A stretch of 50,380 bases of DNA, from positions 895 through 51,274 of the forward strand of contig CAYOAD010000001.1 of assembly GCA_964401845.1 (NCBI GenBank). The letters are read 5' to 3'. Positions within the stretch are counted from its first letter, which is position 1, and every line of letters starts with the position of its first letter. Below the pieces are notes generated by a model, which did not search any database, was not told the DNA's origin, and saw only the letters and a list, made by a program, of their open reading frames with translations. The translations under genes and the position numbers were made by a program. Below, piece by piece: positions 1-11,031 of this stretch. The DNA is from an uncultured Rhodospirillaceae bacterium (GTDB lineage Bacteria; Pseudomonadota; Alphaproteobacteria; UBA2966).

Positions 1-171
1 TCCGAGCGCATGTCAGTTGCCGCCGCTTCACCCGCCACTTAAGCGTTCTCCAGGTCGCTGCCCGATGAATGTTTCCAGAGCCATTAAACATATCACGAAT
101 TGGAGGCCCGACAACGACGCCGGGGACGTTCGCCGCTTGCCCTCAAGGCCACAAGGCATCACATTGGTGAC

Positions 172-912
172 ATGGACAAACCTAACTCCGCTGCGGGCGA
201 AAATACCGGTATTGAGCGCCTAAACGACGGAATTCAACGGATTCCGGACCTGAATCACGTGGATGTCTGGCTATTCGACCTCGATAACACGCTTTATCCC
301 GCCAGATGCTACCTGTTCGATCAGGTCGACCTGCGGATCAACGAATATGTCTCCAATCTGCTGGAATTGGCCATGGATGAGGCCCGGTTGGTGCAGAAAT
401 CATACTTCCGCCAATACGGTACCACGCTGAGGGGGCTAATGGTGGATCACGGTGTCGACCCGCACCACTATATGGATTACGTGCACGATATCGACCTCGC
501 GCCGATCGACGCGGCCCCTGACCTCAACGATATCCTCGGACGGCTGCCGGGGCGTAAGCTGATCTTCACCAACGGTTCGGTCCGACATGCCGAAAACGTC
601 ACCGGCCGGCTCGGCATCGAGCACCATTTCGAAGCCATCTTCGACATTGCGGCTGCCGAATTCGTGCCGAAACCGGCGCTGGAGCCCTATCACCTCTTGG
701 TTTCGGCCCATGGCATCGACCCCAGGGCGACCGTTTTTTTCGATGACATGGACAGCAATCTCGAGCCGGCCGCGGCGCTTGGCATGACCACGGTCTGGGT
801 GCCCGGTCACAAGGCCTGGTCCGGCACCGGCGACGGCGATCACGTTCATCACGTCGCGGAAGATCTCGGCGCCTTCCTGGAGCTTGCCCTGGAAGGCCGC
901 CCCGGGGATTGA
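172..912 (+). CDS. Pyrimidine 5'-nucleotidase (HAD superfamily, SDT1-like)
   Basis: HAD motif [31 protein letters not shown]; usual position upstream of dapD in alphaproteobacteria. Start set at ATG 172 (ORF track begins at 100). Confidence 0.9.
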   Translation: MDKPNSAAGENTGIERLNDGIQRIPDLNHVDVWLFDLDNTLYPARCYLFDQVDLRINEYVSNLLELAMDEARLVQKSYFRQYGTTLRGLMVDHGVDPHHYMDYVHDIDLAPIDAAPDLNDILGRLPGRKLIFTNGSVRHAENVTGRLGIEHHFEAIFDIAAAEFVPKPALEPYHLLVSAHGIDPRATVFFDDMDSNLEPAAALGMTTVWVPGHKAWSGTGDGDHVHHVAEDLGAFLELALEGRPGD

Positions 913-1004
913 CAGACGGCGGCGGGACGCTATTTTCAGCCGGCCCCAGGGCTGTCCGTTTTCCACCATTATCCAGTCCACCTGTCACGATCCGAGGAAG
1001 CCGC

Positions 1005-1874
1005 ATGCAACCGTCCGAGATGCAATCGATCATTGAAAGCGCATGGGAAAACCCCACCGACGTCACGTCGGAAACCACCGGTGAAGTGCGGGAGGCGGTC
1101 GATGCCGCCCTGAACGCGCTCGACAGCGGAACGCTCCGAGTGGCTGACAAGAAAGGACCCGGCGACTGGCAGGTCAATCAGTGGCTCAAGATGGCGGTTC
1201 TGCTGTCGTTCAGGCTGAACGACATGACGACGGTACCCGGCGGTCCCGGCGCCAATGCACCCTGGTTCGACAAGGTGCCGTCAAAGTTCGAGGGTTGGGG
1301 CGAGGAACGTTTCCGCGAGGCCGGCTTCAGGGCGGTGCCCAACTGTGTCGTGCGCCATTCGGCCTACATCGCGCCGGGCACTATTCTGATGCCGTCGTTC
1401 GTCAATCTGGGCGCCTACGTCGATAGCGGCACGATGATCGATACATGGGCAACCGTGGGCAGCTGTGCGCAGATCGGCAAGGACTGTCATATCTCCGGCG
1501 GCGCCGGTATCGGCGGCGTCCTGGAACCGCTCCAAGCCGGACCGGTCATCATTGAGGACAACTGCTTCATCGGCGCGCGCGCCGAAGTGGCTGAAGGCGT
1601 CGTCGTCGAGGAGGGATCCGTCCTCTCCATGGGCGTCTATCTCGGGGCATCGACCAAAATCGTCGACCGCAGCACCGGGGAAATCTTCGTCGGCCGGGTT
1701 CCGGCCTATTCCGTCGTGGTGTCGGGCACCCTGCCGGGCAAGCCCTTGCCGGATGGCTCGGACGGCCCCGGACTTTACTGCGCCGTCATCGTCAAGCGCG
1801 TCGATGAACGCACCCGTTCCAAAACCTCGGTCAACGAGCTCCTGCGCGTCGAGCTGCCGGCGACCAACCAGTAA
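1005..1874 (+). CDS. dapD: 2,3,4,5-tetrahydropyridine-2,6-dicarboxylate N-succinyltransferase
   Basis: [46 protein letters not shown]-terminal KTSVNELLR; GAGGAAG RBS before ATG 1005. Confidence 0.97.
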   Translation: MQPSEMQSIIESAWENPTDVTSETTGEVREAVDAALNALDSGTLRVADKKGPGDWQVNQWLKMAVLLSFRLNDMTTVPGGPGANAPWFDKVPSKFEGWGEERFREAGFRAVPNCVVRHSAYIAPGTILMPSFVNLGAYVDSGTMIDTWATVGSCAQIGKDCHISGGAGIGGVLEPLQAGPVIIEDNCFIGARAEVAEGVVVEEGSVLSMGVYLGASTKIVDRSTGEIFVGRVPAYSVVVSGTLPGKPLPDGSDGPGLYCAVIVKRVDERTRSKTSVNELLRVELPATNQ

Positions 1875-1886
1875 TTCCCGGCAGTT

Positions 1887-3050
1887 ATGAACGCACCCGC
1901 CGCCATCGGCGCCCTCGAACTGGCCCGCGACCTGATCCGCCGTCCCAGCGTGACGCCCGAGGATGCCGGCGCGCTGGACGTGCTGGCCGGGGCTTTGCGC
2001 GCCAACGGCTTCGTCTGCCATGACCTGACGTTCAGCGACGACGATACGCCCGATGTCCGCAACCTCTACGCCAGGCTGGGCAGCGGCGAGCCCAATTTCT
2101 GTTTCGCCGGGCACACGGATGTCGTGCCCGTCGGCAACGAGGACGCCTGGACCGTCGACCCGTTCGGCGCGGACGTCACGGACGGCGTGCTTTATGGCCG
2201 GGGCGCCAGCGACATGAAAAGCGCCGTCGCCGCCTTTGCCGCGGCGGCGACGCGGTTCGCATCCGGGCAGGCGGACGGGTTTGGCGGCTCCATCAGCCTG
2301 CTGATAACCGGTGACGAGGAAGGCCCCGCCATCAACGGCACGCGCAAGGTGCTGGAGTGGATGGCGCAGAACGGCGAGGCCATCGACGCCTGCTTGGTGG
2401 GAGAGCCGACCAATCCGACGAAGCTCGGCGAGATGATCAAGATCGGCCGGCGCGGATCGATGTCCAGCTGGCTGACGGTGTACGGCGCGCAAGGGCACAC
2501 GGCCTACCCCCACCTTGCGGATAACCCCATCCCCCGCCTCGTGAAGATGCTGCAGGTCCTGACCGAAACCGAACTCGACCAGGGCAACGACCATTTCCAG
2601 GCTTCGACCATCGCCGTGTCCACCGTCGATGTCGGCAACCCGGCCTCCAACGTCATTCCGGCTGAAGCCACCGCGGCCTTCAACATCCGCTTCAACGACG
2701 AACATAGTTGCGCCTCGCTAGAGGAATGGCTGCGCCGTTCGTTCGATGACGTGGGCGGTGCTTACGATCTGAAAATCCATTGCTCGGGCGAGTCCTTCTT
2801 GACTCCGCCCGGCCCGCTGTCCGAATTGGTTGCCTCGGCCGTGCACGACGTTCTGGGCGTCAGCCCCGAGCTCAGTACGACGGGCGGTACGTCGGATGCG
2901 CGCTTCATCAAGGATTATTGCCCCATCGCCGAGTTTGGTCTGGTGGGGCAAACCATGCACAAAGTCGATGAGCGCGCCGCCGTCGCCGACATCGAAGCGC
3001 TGACCGATATCTACGCCAAGGTCCTCGAAGGATACTTCGCGGCTGCTTGA
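1887..3050 (+). CDS. dapE: Succinyl-diaminopimelate desuccinylase
   Basis: M20 motifs [52 protein letters not shown]; follows dapD. Confidence 0.97.
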   Translation: MNAPAAIGALELARDLIRRPSVTPEDAGALDVLAGALRANGFVCHDLTFSDDDTPDVRNLYARLGSGEPNFCFAGHTDVVPVGNEDAWTVDPFGADVTDGVLYGRGASDMKSAVAAFAAAATRFASGQADGFGGSISLLITGDEEGPAINGTRKVLEWMAQNGEAIDACLVGEPTNPTKLGEMIKIGRRGSMSSWLTVYGAQGHTAYPHLADNPIPRLVKMLQVLTETELDQGNDHFQASTIAVSTVDVGNPASNVIPAEATAAFNIRFNDEHSCASLEEWLRRSFDDVGGAYDLKIHCSGESFLTPPGPLSELVASAVHDVLGVSPELSTTGGTSDARFIKDYCPIAEFGLVGQTMHKVDERAAVADIEALTDIYAKVLEGYFAAA

Positions 3051-3110
3051 TTCAAGCCTTCTTGACCGGCTTTGCGCGTTGACCCCGGCGCGTTTGTGCA
3101 CTACTTGGAA

Positions 3111-3674
3111 ATGATGCCCGGTTGGCCGGAAATCAGCTCTTCAATTTATGGCGCGTACCGACTAGCTCGGCTCGACGCCGGCGGGCTCGGCTATTTCAAC
3201 ATGTCGGTGGACGGTTTCTGGCGTTCGTTCTTTGCCGCCGTCATCGTCGCCCCGGCCTACGTCATCATCGTTTTGCTGCGGGATGCCGCCGACCCAGCCG
3301 ACGCCGCCACCATGACCCCGGAAATCACGGCCTACGTGATCGGCTGGATTTTTTGGCCGCTCATCATGCTGGTTGTGGCGCGGCTCTTTGGGCTTCTCGC
3401 CAATTTCGTCGGCTACATCATCGTTTACAACTGGTCGAACGTGATCCAGGTAGCGGTCCTGCTGCCCATCGCCCTGATTACCGAAAGCGGGGTCGTTCCC
3501 GAGGCCATTGCACCGGTCTTGACCATGATCGCAACCGTCTACGTTCTATTCTATCTCTGGTTCGTCGCCCGCACGGCGCTCGGCGCCGCGAGCTGGACGG
3601 CCGCAGCCATCGTCGTGCTCGACGTCATCAGCGGTCTGTTGCTTTCCAGGGGCGTCGAGATCATCTTCGCCTAA
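3111..3674 (+). CDS. Conserved hypothetical integral membrane protein (about 5 TM segments)
   Basis: Hydrophobic ORF with GFWRSFFAA and YIIVYNWS segments; fills the gap between dapE and truA. Start uncertain (3072/3111/3114). Confidence 0.75.
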   Translation: MMPGWPEISSSIYGAYRLARLDAGGLGYFNMSVDGFWRSFFAAVIVAPAYVIIVLLRDAADPADAATMTPEITAYVIGWIFWPLIMLVVARLFGLLANFVGYIIVYNWSNVIQVAVLLPIALITESGVVPEAIAPVLTMIATVYVLFYLWFVARTALGAASWTAAAIVVLDVISGLLLSRGVEIIFA

Positions 3675-4414
3675 TCGGGATAGCTGACGCTTTCCAGATA
3701 AAGCCCTTCCGCCGGTGCGGTGGGACCACAAGCCGAACGCTCCCGCGCGGCCAGCACCTCCGCCACCCGGTCTTCCGCCCATTTTCCTTCGCCGACCAGT
3801 TTCAAGGAGCCTACGATGGCCCGCACCTGGTTGTGCAGGAACGAGGGCGCCGCCAGCCGTACGCGGAGGACCTCTTCCCGCCTTTCGACGGATATCGAAG
3901 TCAAAGTCTTGACCGGCGTTTTGGCCTGGCACTGGGCCGCCCGGAATGTCGTGAAATCATGTTTGCCGACCAGTGCCTGGGCGGCGCGGTGCATGGCTTC
4001 GGCATCCAGCGGACGGGGGACGCGCCAGGCCCGGTTGGCGTCGATGGTCAACGGCGCCGCGCGGTTGACGATGCGATAGAGGTAGGCCCGCGCCGTGGCG
4101 CTGAAGCGGGCGTGGAAATCTTCATCGACGATAGCCGCTGACAGAACGGAGACCGGGCGGTCCCGCATATGGGCGTTGAGGGCGTCCCGCACGGTTCTTT
4201 CGTCGTGTTCCCCGCCAAGATCGATGTGGACGACTTGTCCCAGCGCATGAACGCCCGCGTCGGTGCGGCCTGCGGCGAAAGCCGTGACGCTTTCCGCGCA
4301 AAATCCCTCAACCGCTTCCTCGATGACTTGTTGCACGGAAAGGCCGTTCTCCTGGCGCTGCCAGCCGACAAAAGGCGTGCCGTCGTATTCAACGGTCAAT
4401 CTGTAGCGGGGCAT
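3671..4414 (-). CDS. truA: tRNA pseudouridine(38-40) synthase
   Basis: EYDGTPFVGWQRQ, AGRTDAGVHA, FHARFSA, HDFTTFR, FLHNQVR, TAPAEGLYL. Confidence 0.98.
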   Translation of the reverse strand: MPRYRLTVEYDGTPFVGWQRQENGLSVQQVIEEAVEGFCAESVTAFAAGRTDAGVHALGQVVHIDLGGEHDERTVRDALNAHMRDRPVSVLSAAIVDEDFHARFSATARAYLYRIVNRAAPLTIDANRAWRVPRPLDAEAMHRAAQALVGKHDFTTFRAAQCQAKTPVKTLTSISVERREEVLRVRLAAPSFLHNQVRAIVGSLKLVGEGKWAEDRVAEVLAARERSACGPTAPAEGLYLESVSYPD

Positions 4415-4424
4415 CAGCGCCGCC

Positions 4425-5348
4425 TCACCGCGTCAGATCCGCGCCCTTGGGCACCGGAAAGCCGCGCACCAGATCGGCGGCGGACATGGGTTTCTTGCCG
4501 CCGCGCTGAACCACGGTCAGCTTGAGGCCGCCGACACCGCAGGCGATGGTAAGCTCACCGTCGAGCGTGCAACCCGCCGCGCCTTCGGCCTCGATCGGCT
4601 CTGCGCCGAGCACCTTGATGCGCTCTCCGGCATAGGCGAACCAAGCGCCCGGAAACGGCGCCAGACCCCTGATCTGGCGCTCCAGCTCGACGGCCGTCCG
4701 GGTCCAGTCGAGCCGCGCCTCGGCCTTGTCGATCTTGGCGGCATAGGTCACACCTTCTTGCGGCTGCGGCGTCGCTTCGAACTGGCCATCCGCCAGGCGG
4801 AAAAGGGTGTCGACCAGCAGCGGCGCACCCAGCTTAGACAGCTTGTCGTGCAGTTGGCCGGCCGTCATGTCCGACCCGATCGGCAGGGAGGCGCTGGCCA
4901 GCACGGCGCCGGTGTCGAGGCCTTCGTCCATCTGCATGATCGAAACCCCGGTCTCGGCGTCGCCGGCCATGATGGCGCGCTGAATGGGCGCCGCACCGCG
5001 CCAGCGCGGCAGTAGCGAGGCATGTAGGTTGAGGCAACCGAGGCGCGGCGTGTCAAGCACGGCACGGGGCAGGATGAGGCCGTAGGCGACCACGATGGCC
5101 GCATCGGCCCCGACAGCTGCGAATTCATCGACAGCCGCCCGTTCCTTGAGGGAAACCGGAGTGCGAACTTCGATACCGCGCATCGTTGCGAATTCATGGA
5201 TTGGAGAGGGTCTGTCCGCCTTACCCCGGCCCGCTGGCCGCGGCGGTTGCGAATACGCACAGGCGATGTCGTGACCCGCGTCAATCAGGGCGTCCAGCGT
5301 GGGCACGCCGAAATCCGGTGTTCCCATGAAAATCAGCTTGAGGCCCAT
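4425..5348 (-). CDS. fmt: Methionyl-tRNA formyltransferase
   Basis: IFMGTPDF, VVAYGLILP, NLHASLLPRWRGAAPIQRAI, MDEGLDTG; start set at ATG 5348 just after the def stop. Confidence 0.98.
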   Translation of the reverse strand: MGLKLIFMGTPDFGVPTLDALIDAGHDIACAYSQPPRPAGRGKADRPSPIHEFATMRGIEVRTPVSLKERAAVDEFAAVGADAAIVVAYGLILPRAVLDTPRLGCLNLHASLLPRWRGAAPIQRAIMAGDAETGVSIMQMDEGLDTGAVLASASLPIGSDMTAGQLHDKLSKLGAPLLVDTLFRLADGQFEATPQPQEGVTYAAKIDKAEARLDWTRTAVELERQIRGLAPFPGAWFAYAGERIKVLGAEPIEAEGAAGCTLDGELTIACGVGGLKLTVVQRGGKKPMSAADLVRGFPVPKGADLTR

Positions 5349-5358
5349 CGCGCCGACC

Positions 5359-5877
5359 TCAAGCCGGCTGTTTTTGCCGCTGAAGTTTCCGCAGCTTGCG
5401 CAGTATGATATTCCGGCGCATGGCCGAAATGTGATCAACGAACAAAATGCCTTCGAGATGATCCATTTCGTGCTGGATACAGGTCGAAAGCACCTCGCCG
5501 GCACGCATCGTCTGTTTCTTGCCCTCGCGGTCGAGGTACTTGATCTCAATCTCATCGGGCCGGACGACTTCGGCGAAATGCTCCGGCAGCGACAAACAGC
5601 CCTCCTCGTGAACGCGCTCGTCGGTTGAGGACCAAACGATTTCGGGATTGATCAGAAACAGCGGATTGCCTTGTTCTTCGTCACGCGGAATGTCGATCAC
5701 GATGGCGCGCTTCGGCACACCGACCTGGATCGCCGCAAGTCCGATGCCGACAGCGTCGTACATCGTGTCCAGCATGTCGTCCAAGAGACGGCGCATCTCG
5801 TCGTCGACCGCCTCGACAGGTTTGGAAACGACTTTGAGGCGCGGATCGGGCGCAATGATGATTGGCAGAACGGCCAT
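5359..5877 (-). CDS. def: Peptide deformylase
   Basis: GIGLAAIQVG, EGCLS and QHEMDHLEG motifs; def-fmt-truA operon order. Confidence 0.98.
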   Translation of the reverse strand: MAVLPIIIAPDPRLKVVSKPVEAVDDEMRRLLDDMLDTMYDAVGIGLAAIQVGVPKRAIVIDIPRDEEQGNPLFLINPEIVWSSTDERVHEEGCLSLPEHFAEVVRPDEIEIKYLDREGKKQTMRAGEVLSTCIQHEMDHLEGILFVDHISAMRRNIILRKLRKLQRQKQPA

Positions 5878-5987
5878 GAACATATCGCTGTTGTTGAAAC
5901 AGCGCTCTAGGTAAGGCGAGAGACCGTGGTCGTCAAGTGCCGCGGCCGTGCTAGACTGGGTCTCCGTTCGATCAGTTTGCTGCGGGG

Positions 5988-7109
5988 ATGGCGCTCGTCA
6001 TGGAAATTGCTCTTGTAGTCGTGGGCCTGGTGGCCGCGGTGTTGGCCGGTCTGCTATGGCGTCAAGGGCGCTCTGGGGATGATGACGCGGCCCAGCGCCG
6101 CCTGACCGAAACGACGGAACAACTCATCAAGGCACAGAACGAACTTCAGGGACGGTTGGCGCAGGTGGCGGAAACCACGGCGGCCGGCCAGGCGGCCATC
6201 AGCAAGACGCTGGAGGAACGCCTTGACGGGGTGAGCAAGCGCATGGGCGACAATCTCGAGCAATCCTCGGCCAAAACGGCGGAATCTCTGGGTGAGCTGA
6301 AAAAACACCTGGATGTGATCGACAAGGCGCAGGCACGAATTACCGGGCTCACGGAGCAGGTCGTCAATCTGCAGGACCTGCTGGCCAACAAGCAGGCACG
6401 CGGCGCATTCGGGGAAATGCAGTTGGAGGACCTCGTCACCAACATCCTGCCGCCGTCGATCTACACGTTTCAACATACACTCTCCAACAACAAGCGCGCC
6501 GATTGCCTGATCAAGCTGCCGGACCCGCCCGGCCCCATCGTGGTCGACGCGAAGTTTCCCCTGGAAAGCTATGAGGCATTACGGGCGGCGGAAGACGATG
6601 CCGGCCGCACCGCCGCCGCGCGCGCCTTCACCCAGGCATTGCAGGTGCACATCTCGGATATCGCAGAGCGCTACATCGTACCCGGCGAAACCGCCGATTC
6701 CGCTTTGATGTTCCTGCCCTCGGAAGCCATCTACGCTGAGCTGCACGCCAACTTCCGCAACGTCGTGGAACGCGCCCACCGCGCCAAAATCTGGATCGTT
6801 TCACCGACCACGCTGTGGGCCCTGCTCAATACCGTGCGCGCCGTCCTGAAGGACGCCCGCATGCACGAACAGGCCGGCGTCATCCAGAAGGAGGTCGGCG
6901 CCCTGATCGAGGACGTCGGGCGTCTCGACGACCGCGTCGCCAAGCTGCAGCGCCACTTCGGCCAGGCAGACGAGGACGTGCGGCAGATCCGCATATCCAC
7001 GGAGAAAATCGTCAAGCGTGGCGGTCAGATCGAGGACGTGGAACTCGAGGATGAGCAGGTGGTCGAGGATTTCACGCCGCCCGTGGCGCGCATCGGCGGC
7101 GAGAACTAG
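5988..7109 (+). CDS. rmuC: DNA recombination protein RmuC
   Basis: N-terminal TM, coiled coil, [32 protein letters not shown]; divergent from def. Confidence 0.93.
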   Translation: MALVMEIALVVVGLVAAVLAGLLWRQGRSGDDDAAQRRLTETTEQLIKAQNELQGRLAQVAETTAAGQAAISKTLEERLDGVSKRMGDNLEQSSAKTAESLGELKKHLDVIDKAQARITGLTEQVVNLQDLLANKQARGAFGEMQLEDLVTNILPPSIYTFQHTLSNNKRADCLIKLPDPPGPIVVDAKFPLESYEALRAAEDDAGRTAAARAFTQALQVHISDIAERYIVPGETADSALMFLPSEAIYAELHANFRNVVERAHRAKIWIVSPTTLWALLNTVRAVLKDARMHEQAGVIQKEVGALIEDVGRLDDRVAKLQRHFGQADEDVRQIRISTEKIVKRGGQIEDVELEDEQVVEDFTPPVARIGGEN

Positions 7110-7708
7110 GCGCCGTCGACCCTGGTGCGCGATTTGAGGGCGGCGCCCAAAGTGCCTTCATCAAGGTAGTCCAATTCCCCGCCGACGGGTACGCCGTGGG
7201 CAAGGCGGGAGACCTCCACGTTGCAGTCGCCCAGCAGATCCGTGATGTAGTGCGCCGTCGTCTGGCCGTCGACCGTGGCGTTCATGGCGAGGATAACCTC
7301 GCGCACGTCGTCCGACCGGGCCCGCGCGATCAGGTTTGAGATGTTGAGGTCCTCGGGCCCGACGCCGTCGAGGGCCGACAACGTGCCGCCGATGACGTGG
7401 TAGCGGCCTTTGAAGATGCCCGCCCGCTCCAGCGCCCACAAATCGGCGACATCCTCCACGGTGCAAATCAATCCGGCATCGCGCCCCTGATCGCCGCAGA
7501 TGCCGCAAGGATCGGCAACATCCAGGTTGCCGCACACCTCGCAGGGATGAACGCCGTCCGCTGCCGCGGCCAGCGCCTCCGCCAGGGGTCGTAGCAGGCT
7601 GTCCTTGCGCTTGATCATGAACAATGCCGCGCGGCGCGCCGAACGCGGCCCCAACCCCGGCAATTTGGCCAGGAGCTGGATCAGACGTTCGATGGAATTG
7701 GGTGTCAC
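7106..7708 (-). CDS. recR: Recombination mediator RecR
   Basis: [11 protein letters not shown] HhH, C4 zinc finger (CEVC..CGIC), [31 protein letters not shown]. Confidence 0.98.
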   Translation of the reverse strand: MTPNSIERLIQLLAKLPGLGPRSARRAALFMIKRKDSLLRPLAEALAAAADGVHPCEVCGNLDVADPCGICGDQGRDAGLICTVEDVADLWALERAGIFKGRYHVIGGTLSALDGVGPEDLNISNLIARARSDDVREVILAMNATVDGQTTAHYITDLLGDCNVEVSRLAHGVPVGGELDYLDEGTLGAALKSRTRVDGA

Positions 7709-7718
7709 GGGTCCCGTA

Positions 7719-8042
7719 TCAGAACGGCAATTTGAAGCCCGGCGGCAGATTGAGGCCGCCGGTCAGTTGCGACATCTCCTCCTGTACCTTGGCCTCCACC
7801 CGCGCCTTCGCGTCGTTGTGCGCGGCCACGATCAGGTCCTCCAGGACCTCCGCCTCGGACGGACTCATCAGCGAGGGATCGACCTTGAGGCCGCGCATCT
7901 CGCCCTTGCCCGTGAGGGTGACGGAAACCATGCCGCCGCCGGATTCGCCGGTGACCTCCATCTGGTCCATGCGTTCCTGCATCTCGCCCATCTTGGCCTG
8001 CATTTCCTGGGCCTGCTTCATCATTTGGCCAAGATTTTTCAT
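7719..8042 (-). CDS. ybaB: Nucleoid-associated protein YbaB/EbfC
   Basis: [37 protein letters not shown]; lies between dnaX and recR. Confidence 0.96.
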   Translation of the reverse strand: MKNLGQMMKQAQEMQAKMGEMQERMDQMEVTGESGGGMVSVTLTGKGEMRGLKVDPSLMSPSEAEVLEDLIVAAHNDAKARVEAKVQEEMSQLTGGLNLPPGFKLPF

Positions 8043-9811
8043 GCGTCTTCTTCTCCTTGGGGATTGTCATCATCGGCCCCGGCATCCGGAGCTCCGGTAT
8101 CGAGCGAGACGTCCCGGACCTCCTTGATGACGGCGCCGGGGAAAGTTTCCAGCACCGCCTTGACCAGCGGATCCTCCTCGGCCTTTGCAACGCGCCCGCG
8201 CTCGTGGCTGGCGTTTTGCTCCGCCAGCGTCGGCGCGCCGTCTTCCTGGGATACCGAGACGACCCAGCGCCGGCCGGTCCAGTCACTAAGGTGCGCGCCC
8301 AGCTCGTTGGGCAATTTTGCGGGGGCCTTGTCCGTCAATCTAAGCTCTATGCGTCCGGCCTCAAAGTGTACGAGGTGGACATTGTCCGTCAGGTGCGTGC
8401 CGAGAACGGCCTCTTTCCGATCGCGCACCAGATCCACGACGGCGGCGAAATCCGGCAGATCGATCCCCGCCTGCGGCTGATCTTCGACCACGGTTTCCGA
8501 CTGCAGGGCGGCCTGCGGCGCCGTTTCGGCACCCCCAACAACACCAGCGGCAGGTGTGGAGGAAACGGCATTTGTGCTTGCCGCCGGAGCGTGACCGGTG
8601 CCTGCCGATCGCGCGCCCAATGACGTGGCGGTGTCACCGCCGCCTGCCTCGATGCGTTGCACCAGATCGGCGGGGGCAGGCAAATCGGCGGCGTAGGCCA
8701 GACGCACCAGCACCATTTCAACCGCTGCAATGGGAGACGGCGCCGTGCGCGCTTCGCCCAGCCCCTTGAGCAGCATCTGCCAGGTCCTGGTGAGAACCGG
8801 CATGGTTAGCTTTTCGGCGAATTCTCCGCCCCGGACGCGTTCCGCCTCGGGCACGGTGACGTCATCGGCCGCCGACGGCGCGACCTTCAGGCGGGTCAAC
8901 CAGTGGGTCAGGTCCAGCAGATCCTGCAGCACGACGACCGGATCGGCCCCGCCGTTGTAGAGCGCCCGCAATCCCGTCAACGCCGCCGCGATGTCGCCCG
9001 ACAGGAGCTGTTCGAAGAGATCGAAAATGCCGGTGCGGTCGGCCAACCCCAGCATGGCCCGGACTTCGCCGCCCGTGACCACCTCGCCGCCGTGCGCGAT
9101 GGCCCGGTCGAGCAGCGAAAGGCCGTCCCTGACCGAACCGTCGGCGGCGCGCGCCATCAAGGCGATAGCCTCGTCTTCGAGCTTCGCGCCTTCCTGGTCG
9201 GCAAGAGCCGAAAAGTGCGCCGCCAGGACGTCGGCCTCTACTCGGCGCAGGTCGAAGCGCTGGCAACGCGACAGGACGGTGACGGGGACTTTGCGGATTT
9301 CGGTGGTGGCGAAGATGAATTTGACGTGCGGCGGCGGCTCTTCCAGCGTCTTGAGCAGGGCATTGAAGGCGTTGCGCGACAGCATGTGGATTTCATCGAT
9401 GATGTAGACTTTGTAGCGCGCCGAGACAGGCGCGTATTTTACGCCTTCGATGATGTCGCGGATGTCGTCGACGCCGGTGCGGCTGGCGGCGTCCATCTCC
9501 AGCACGTCGACGTGGCGGTCCTCGGCGATGGCAAGGCAGGCGTCGCATTGGCCGCAGGGCGTGATGGTCGGGGCGTCTTGAGAGCCGTCGGCACCGGTGC
9601 AGTTGAGGGCGCGGGCGATGATGCGGGCCGTCGTGGTCTTGCCGATGCCGCGGACGCCGGTGAGGATGAAGGCGTGCGCCAGGCGGTCCCGGTCAATGGC
9701 ATTGGCCAGGGTACGCACCATGGCCTCCTGCCCCACCAGTTCATCGAACGTCGATGGCCGGTACTTACGGGCCAGAACGCGATACGGGGTTTGGGGACTG
9801 GAGTCGGACAT
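8039..9811 (-). CDS. dnaX: DNA polymerase III subunit gamma/tau
   Basis: [10 protein letters not shown], Walker [10 protein letters not shown], zinc Cys cluster, DEIHML, SRC motif; start set at ATG 9811 downstream of ffs. Confidence 0.98.
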   Translation of the reverse strand: MSDSSPQTPYRVLARKYRPSTFDELVGQEAMVRTLANAIDRDRLAHAFILTGVRGIGKTTTARIIARALNCTGADGSQDAPTITPCGQCDACLAIAEDRHVDVLEMDAASRTGVDDIRDIIEGVKYAPVSARYKVYIIDEIHMLSRNAFNALLKTLEEPPPHVKFIFATTEIRKVPVTVLSRCQRFDLRRVEADVLAAHFSALADQEGAKLEDEAIALMARAADGSVRDGLSLLDRAIAHGGEVVTGGEVRAMLGLADRTGIFDLFEQLLSGDIAAALTGLRALYNGGADPVVVLQDLLDLTHWLTRLKVAPSAADDVTVPEAERVRGGEFAEKLTMPVLTRTWQMLLKGLGEARTAPSPIAAVEMVLVRLAYAADLPAPADLVQRIEAGGGDTATSLGARSAGTGHAPAASTNAVSSTPAAGVVGGAETAPQAALQSETVVEDQPQAGIDLPDFAAVVDLVRDRKEAVLGTHLTDNVHLVHFEAGRIELRLTDKAPAKLPNELGAHLSDWTGRRWVVSVSQEDGAPTLAEQNASHERGRVAKAEEDPLVKAVLETFPGAVIKEVRDVSLDTGAPDAGADDDNPQGEEDA

Positions 9812-9835
9812 ATTTCCTGAAGCGGGAAAATCGGG

Positions 9836-9935
9836 TGGGAGGCTGGATAACCGACCCGAACAAAAACTCGTTACGGCTGCTTCCTTCCGGACCTGACCGG
9901 GTTGGCGAGACGTCCGTCCGATCACCAACCTCCCA
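9836..9935 (-). ncRNA. ffs: Signal recognition particle RNA (4.5S)
   Basis: Minus strand carries the SRP domain IV core TCAGGTCCGGAAGGAAGCAGC; the termini GGGAGGTTGG...CCAGCCTCCC pair; typical position upstream of dnaX; TATAGT -10-like box at 9941-9946. Confidence 0.95.
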
Positions 9936-10017
9936 AACCCACTATATCAAGGAAAACGCGCCGAAGCGCAAGATTCAGTTTTGCGGCGGCGGAATGCTTG
10001 TGTCAATCTCCCGGACC

Positions 10018-10968
10018 ATGGATATACCGCTACCCACCGACCCCCACATTTTCGGCGGTGCGCCGCTCGACCGGGACGCCAACATCCGCCGCGACGAGGC
10101 AGCCATCGAGGCTCTCAAGGCGAGCGACAATGCCCGGTTTTTGCCGTTTTGGGACCTGCGCGGGCTGATCGTTCCGGGCGAGCAACCGGAGCTTGCCTGG
10201 CTGCCCATGAGCGAGTTGGAGGCGATCGCCGAAGACCGGGCCGAAGTCGTCTACCTCGGCCTGGACGGCGACGCGCCGTGTTTCGCCGTCGGCCTGGCCG
10301 GAGAAGCCAATCCGACCAAGGACGGCAGCCTCGAAGGCCGGGGCAAGTTTATCGACGCCCGCACCATCGCGACGCAGTTGGGCGGACCTGACACTGCCAT
10401 CCTCGCCCAGGGGCGCTCCCTGATCGATTGGCATGCGCGGCATCGCTTCTGCGCCGCCTGCGGCGAGCCGACCGAGGTAAAATCGGCGGGAAATTCCCGC
10501 ACTTGTCCCGCCTGCAATGCCGAACACTTCCCGCGCACCGACCCGGTCGCCATCATGCTGGTAATCCGCGACGGAAAGTGCCTGCTGGGGCGGAAGAACA
10601 TGTTTCCGGAGGGCATGTATTCGGCCCTGGCCGGTTTCATCGAACCCGGCGAGACCATCGAGGAAGGCGTGCGGCGCGAAGTCTTCGAAGAATCGGGCAT
10701 ACGGGCCGGCGAAGTGCGCTACCACTCGTCCCAGCCCTGGCCGTTTCCGTCGTCGCTGATGATTGGCTGCATCGCCGAGGGTCTGACGGAGGAGATCACC
10801 ATCGACGAGCAGGAACTGGACCACGCCGCCTGGTTCAGCCGCGCCGAGATCGTCGAGGGCATGGAGCGCGCGCTGACCACCGCTCCCGGCGACGGCAAAT
10901 TCCGCATGCCCCACCCCATCGCCATCGCCCATCAGCTTGCCCGGGCCTGGCTGGCGGAGACCAATTAA
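10018..10968 (+). CDS. nudC: NAD(+) diphosphatase / NADH pyrophosphatase
   Basis: Zinc ribbon CAACG..CPAC, FPRTDP, Nudix box GETIEEGVRREVFEESG, SQPWPFPSSLM. Confidence 0.96.
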   Translation: MDIPLPTDPHIFGGAPLDRDANIRRDEAAIEALKASDNARFLPFWDLRGLIVPGEQPELAWLPMSELEAIAEDRAEVVYLGLDGDAPCFAVGLAGEANPTKDGSLEGRGKFIDARTIATQLGGPDTAILAQGRSLIDWHARHRFCAACGEPTEVKSAGNSRTCPACNAEHFPRTDPVAIMLVIRDGKCLLGRKNMFPEGMYSALAGFIEPGETIEEGVRREVFEESGIRAGEVRYHSSQPWPFPSSLMIGCIAEGLTEEITIDEQELDHAAWFSRAEIVEGMERALTTAPGDGKFRMPHPIAIAHQLARAWLAETN

Positions 10969-11027
10969 ATGGGGACAGGTACACTTTTACGCATATTTCG
11001 TAAAAGTGTACCTGTCCCCATTTAATT
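10963..11027. repeat. Perfect inverted repeat (29-bp arms, 7-nt loop); REP-like element and probable bidirectional terminator
   Basis: AATTAAATGGGGACAGGTACACTTTTACG-catattt-CGTAAAAGTGTACCTGTCCCCATTTAATT between convergent nudC and pheA; AT-rich compared with flanks. Confidence 0.9.
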
Positions 11028-11031
11028 ATTG

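Noticed and set aside
1845-1874. DapD C-terminal tail (VELPATNQ) beyond the usual ELLR ending
   Set aside because: A short tail with normal spacing to dapE; likely neutral stop-codon drift.
8039-9811. Programmed frameshift producing a DnaX gamma form
   Set aside because: No A-AAA-AAG or long poly-A slippery run was seen in the linker; the Ala/Gly/Pro-rich linker is ordinary.
9754-10017. Long N-terminal extensions of nudC and dnaX in the ORF track
   Set aside because: They run through the SRP RNA gene and its promoter; family homology begins at the downstream ATGs.
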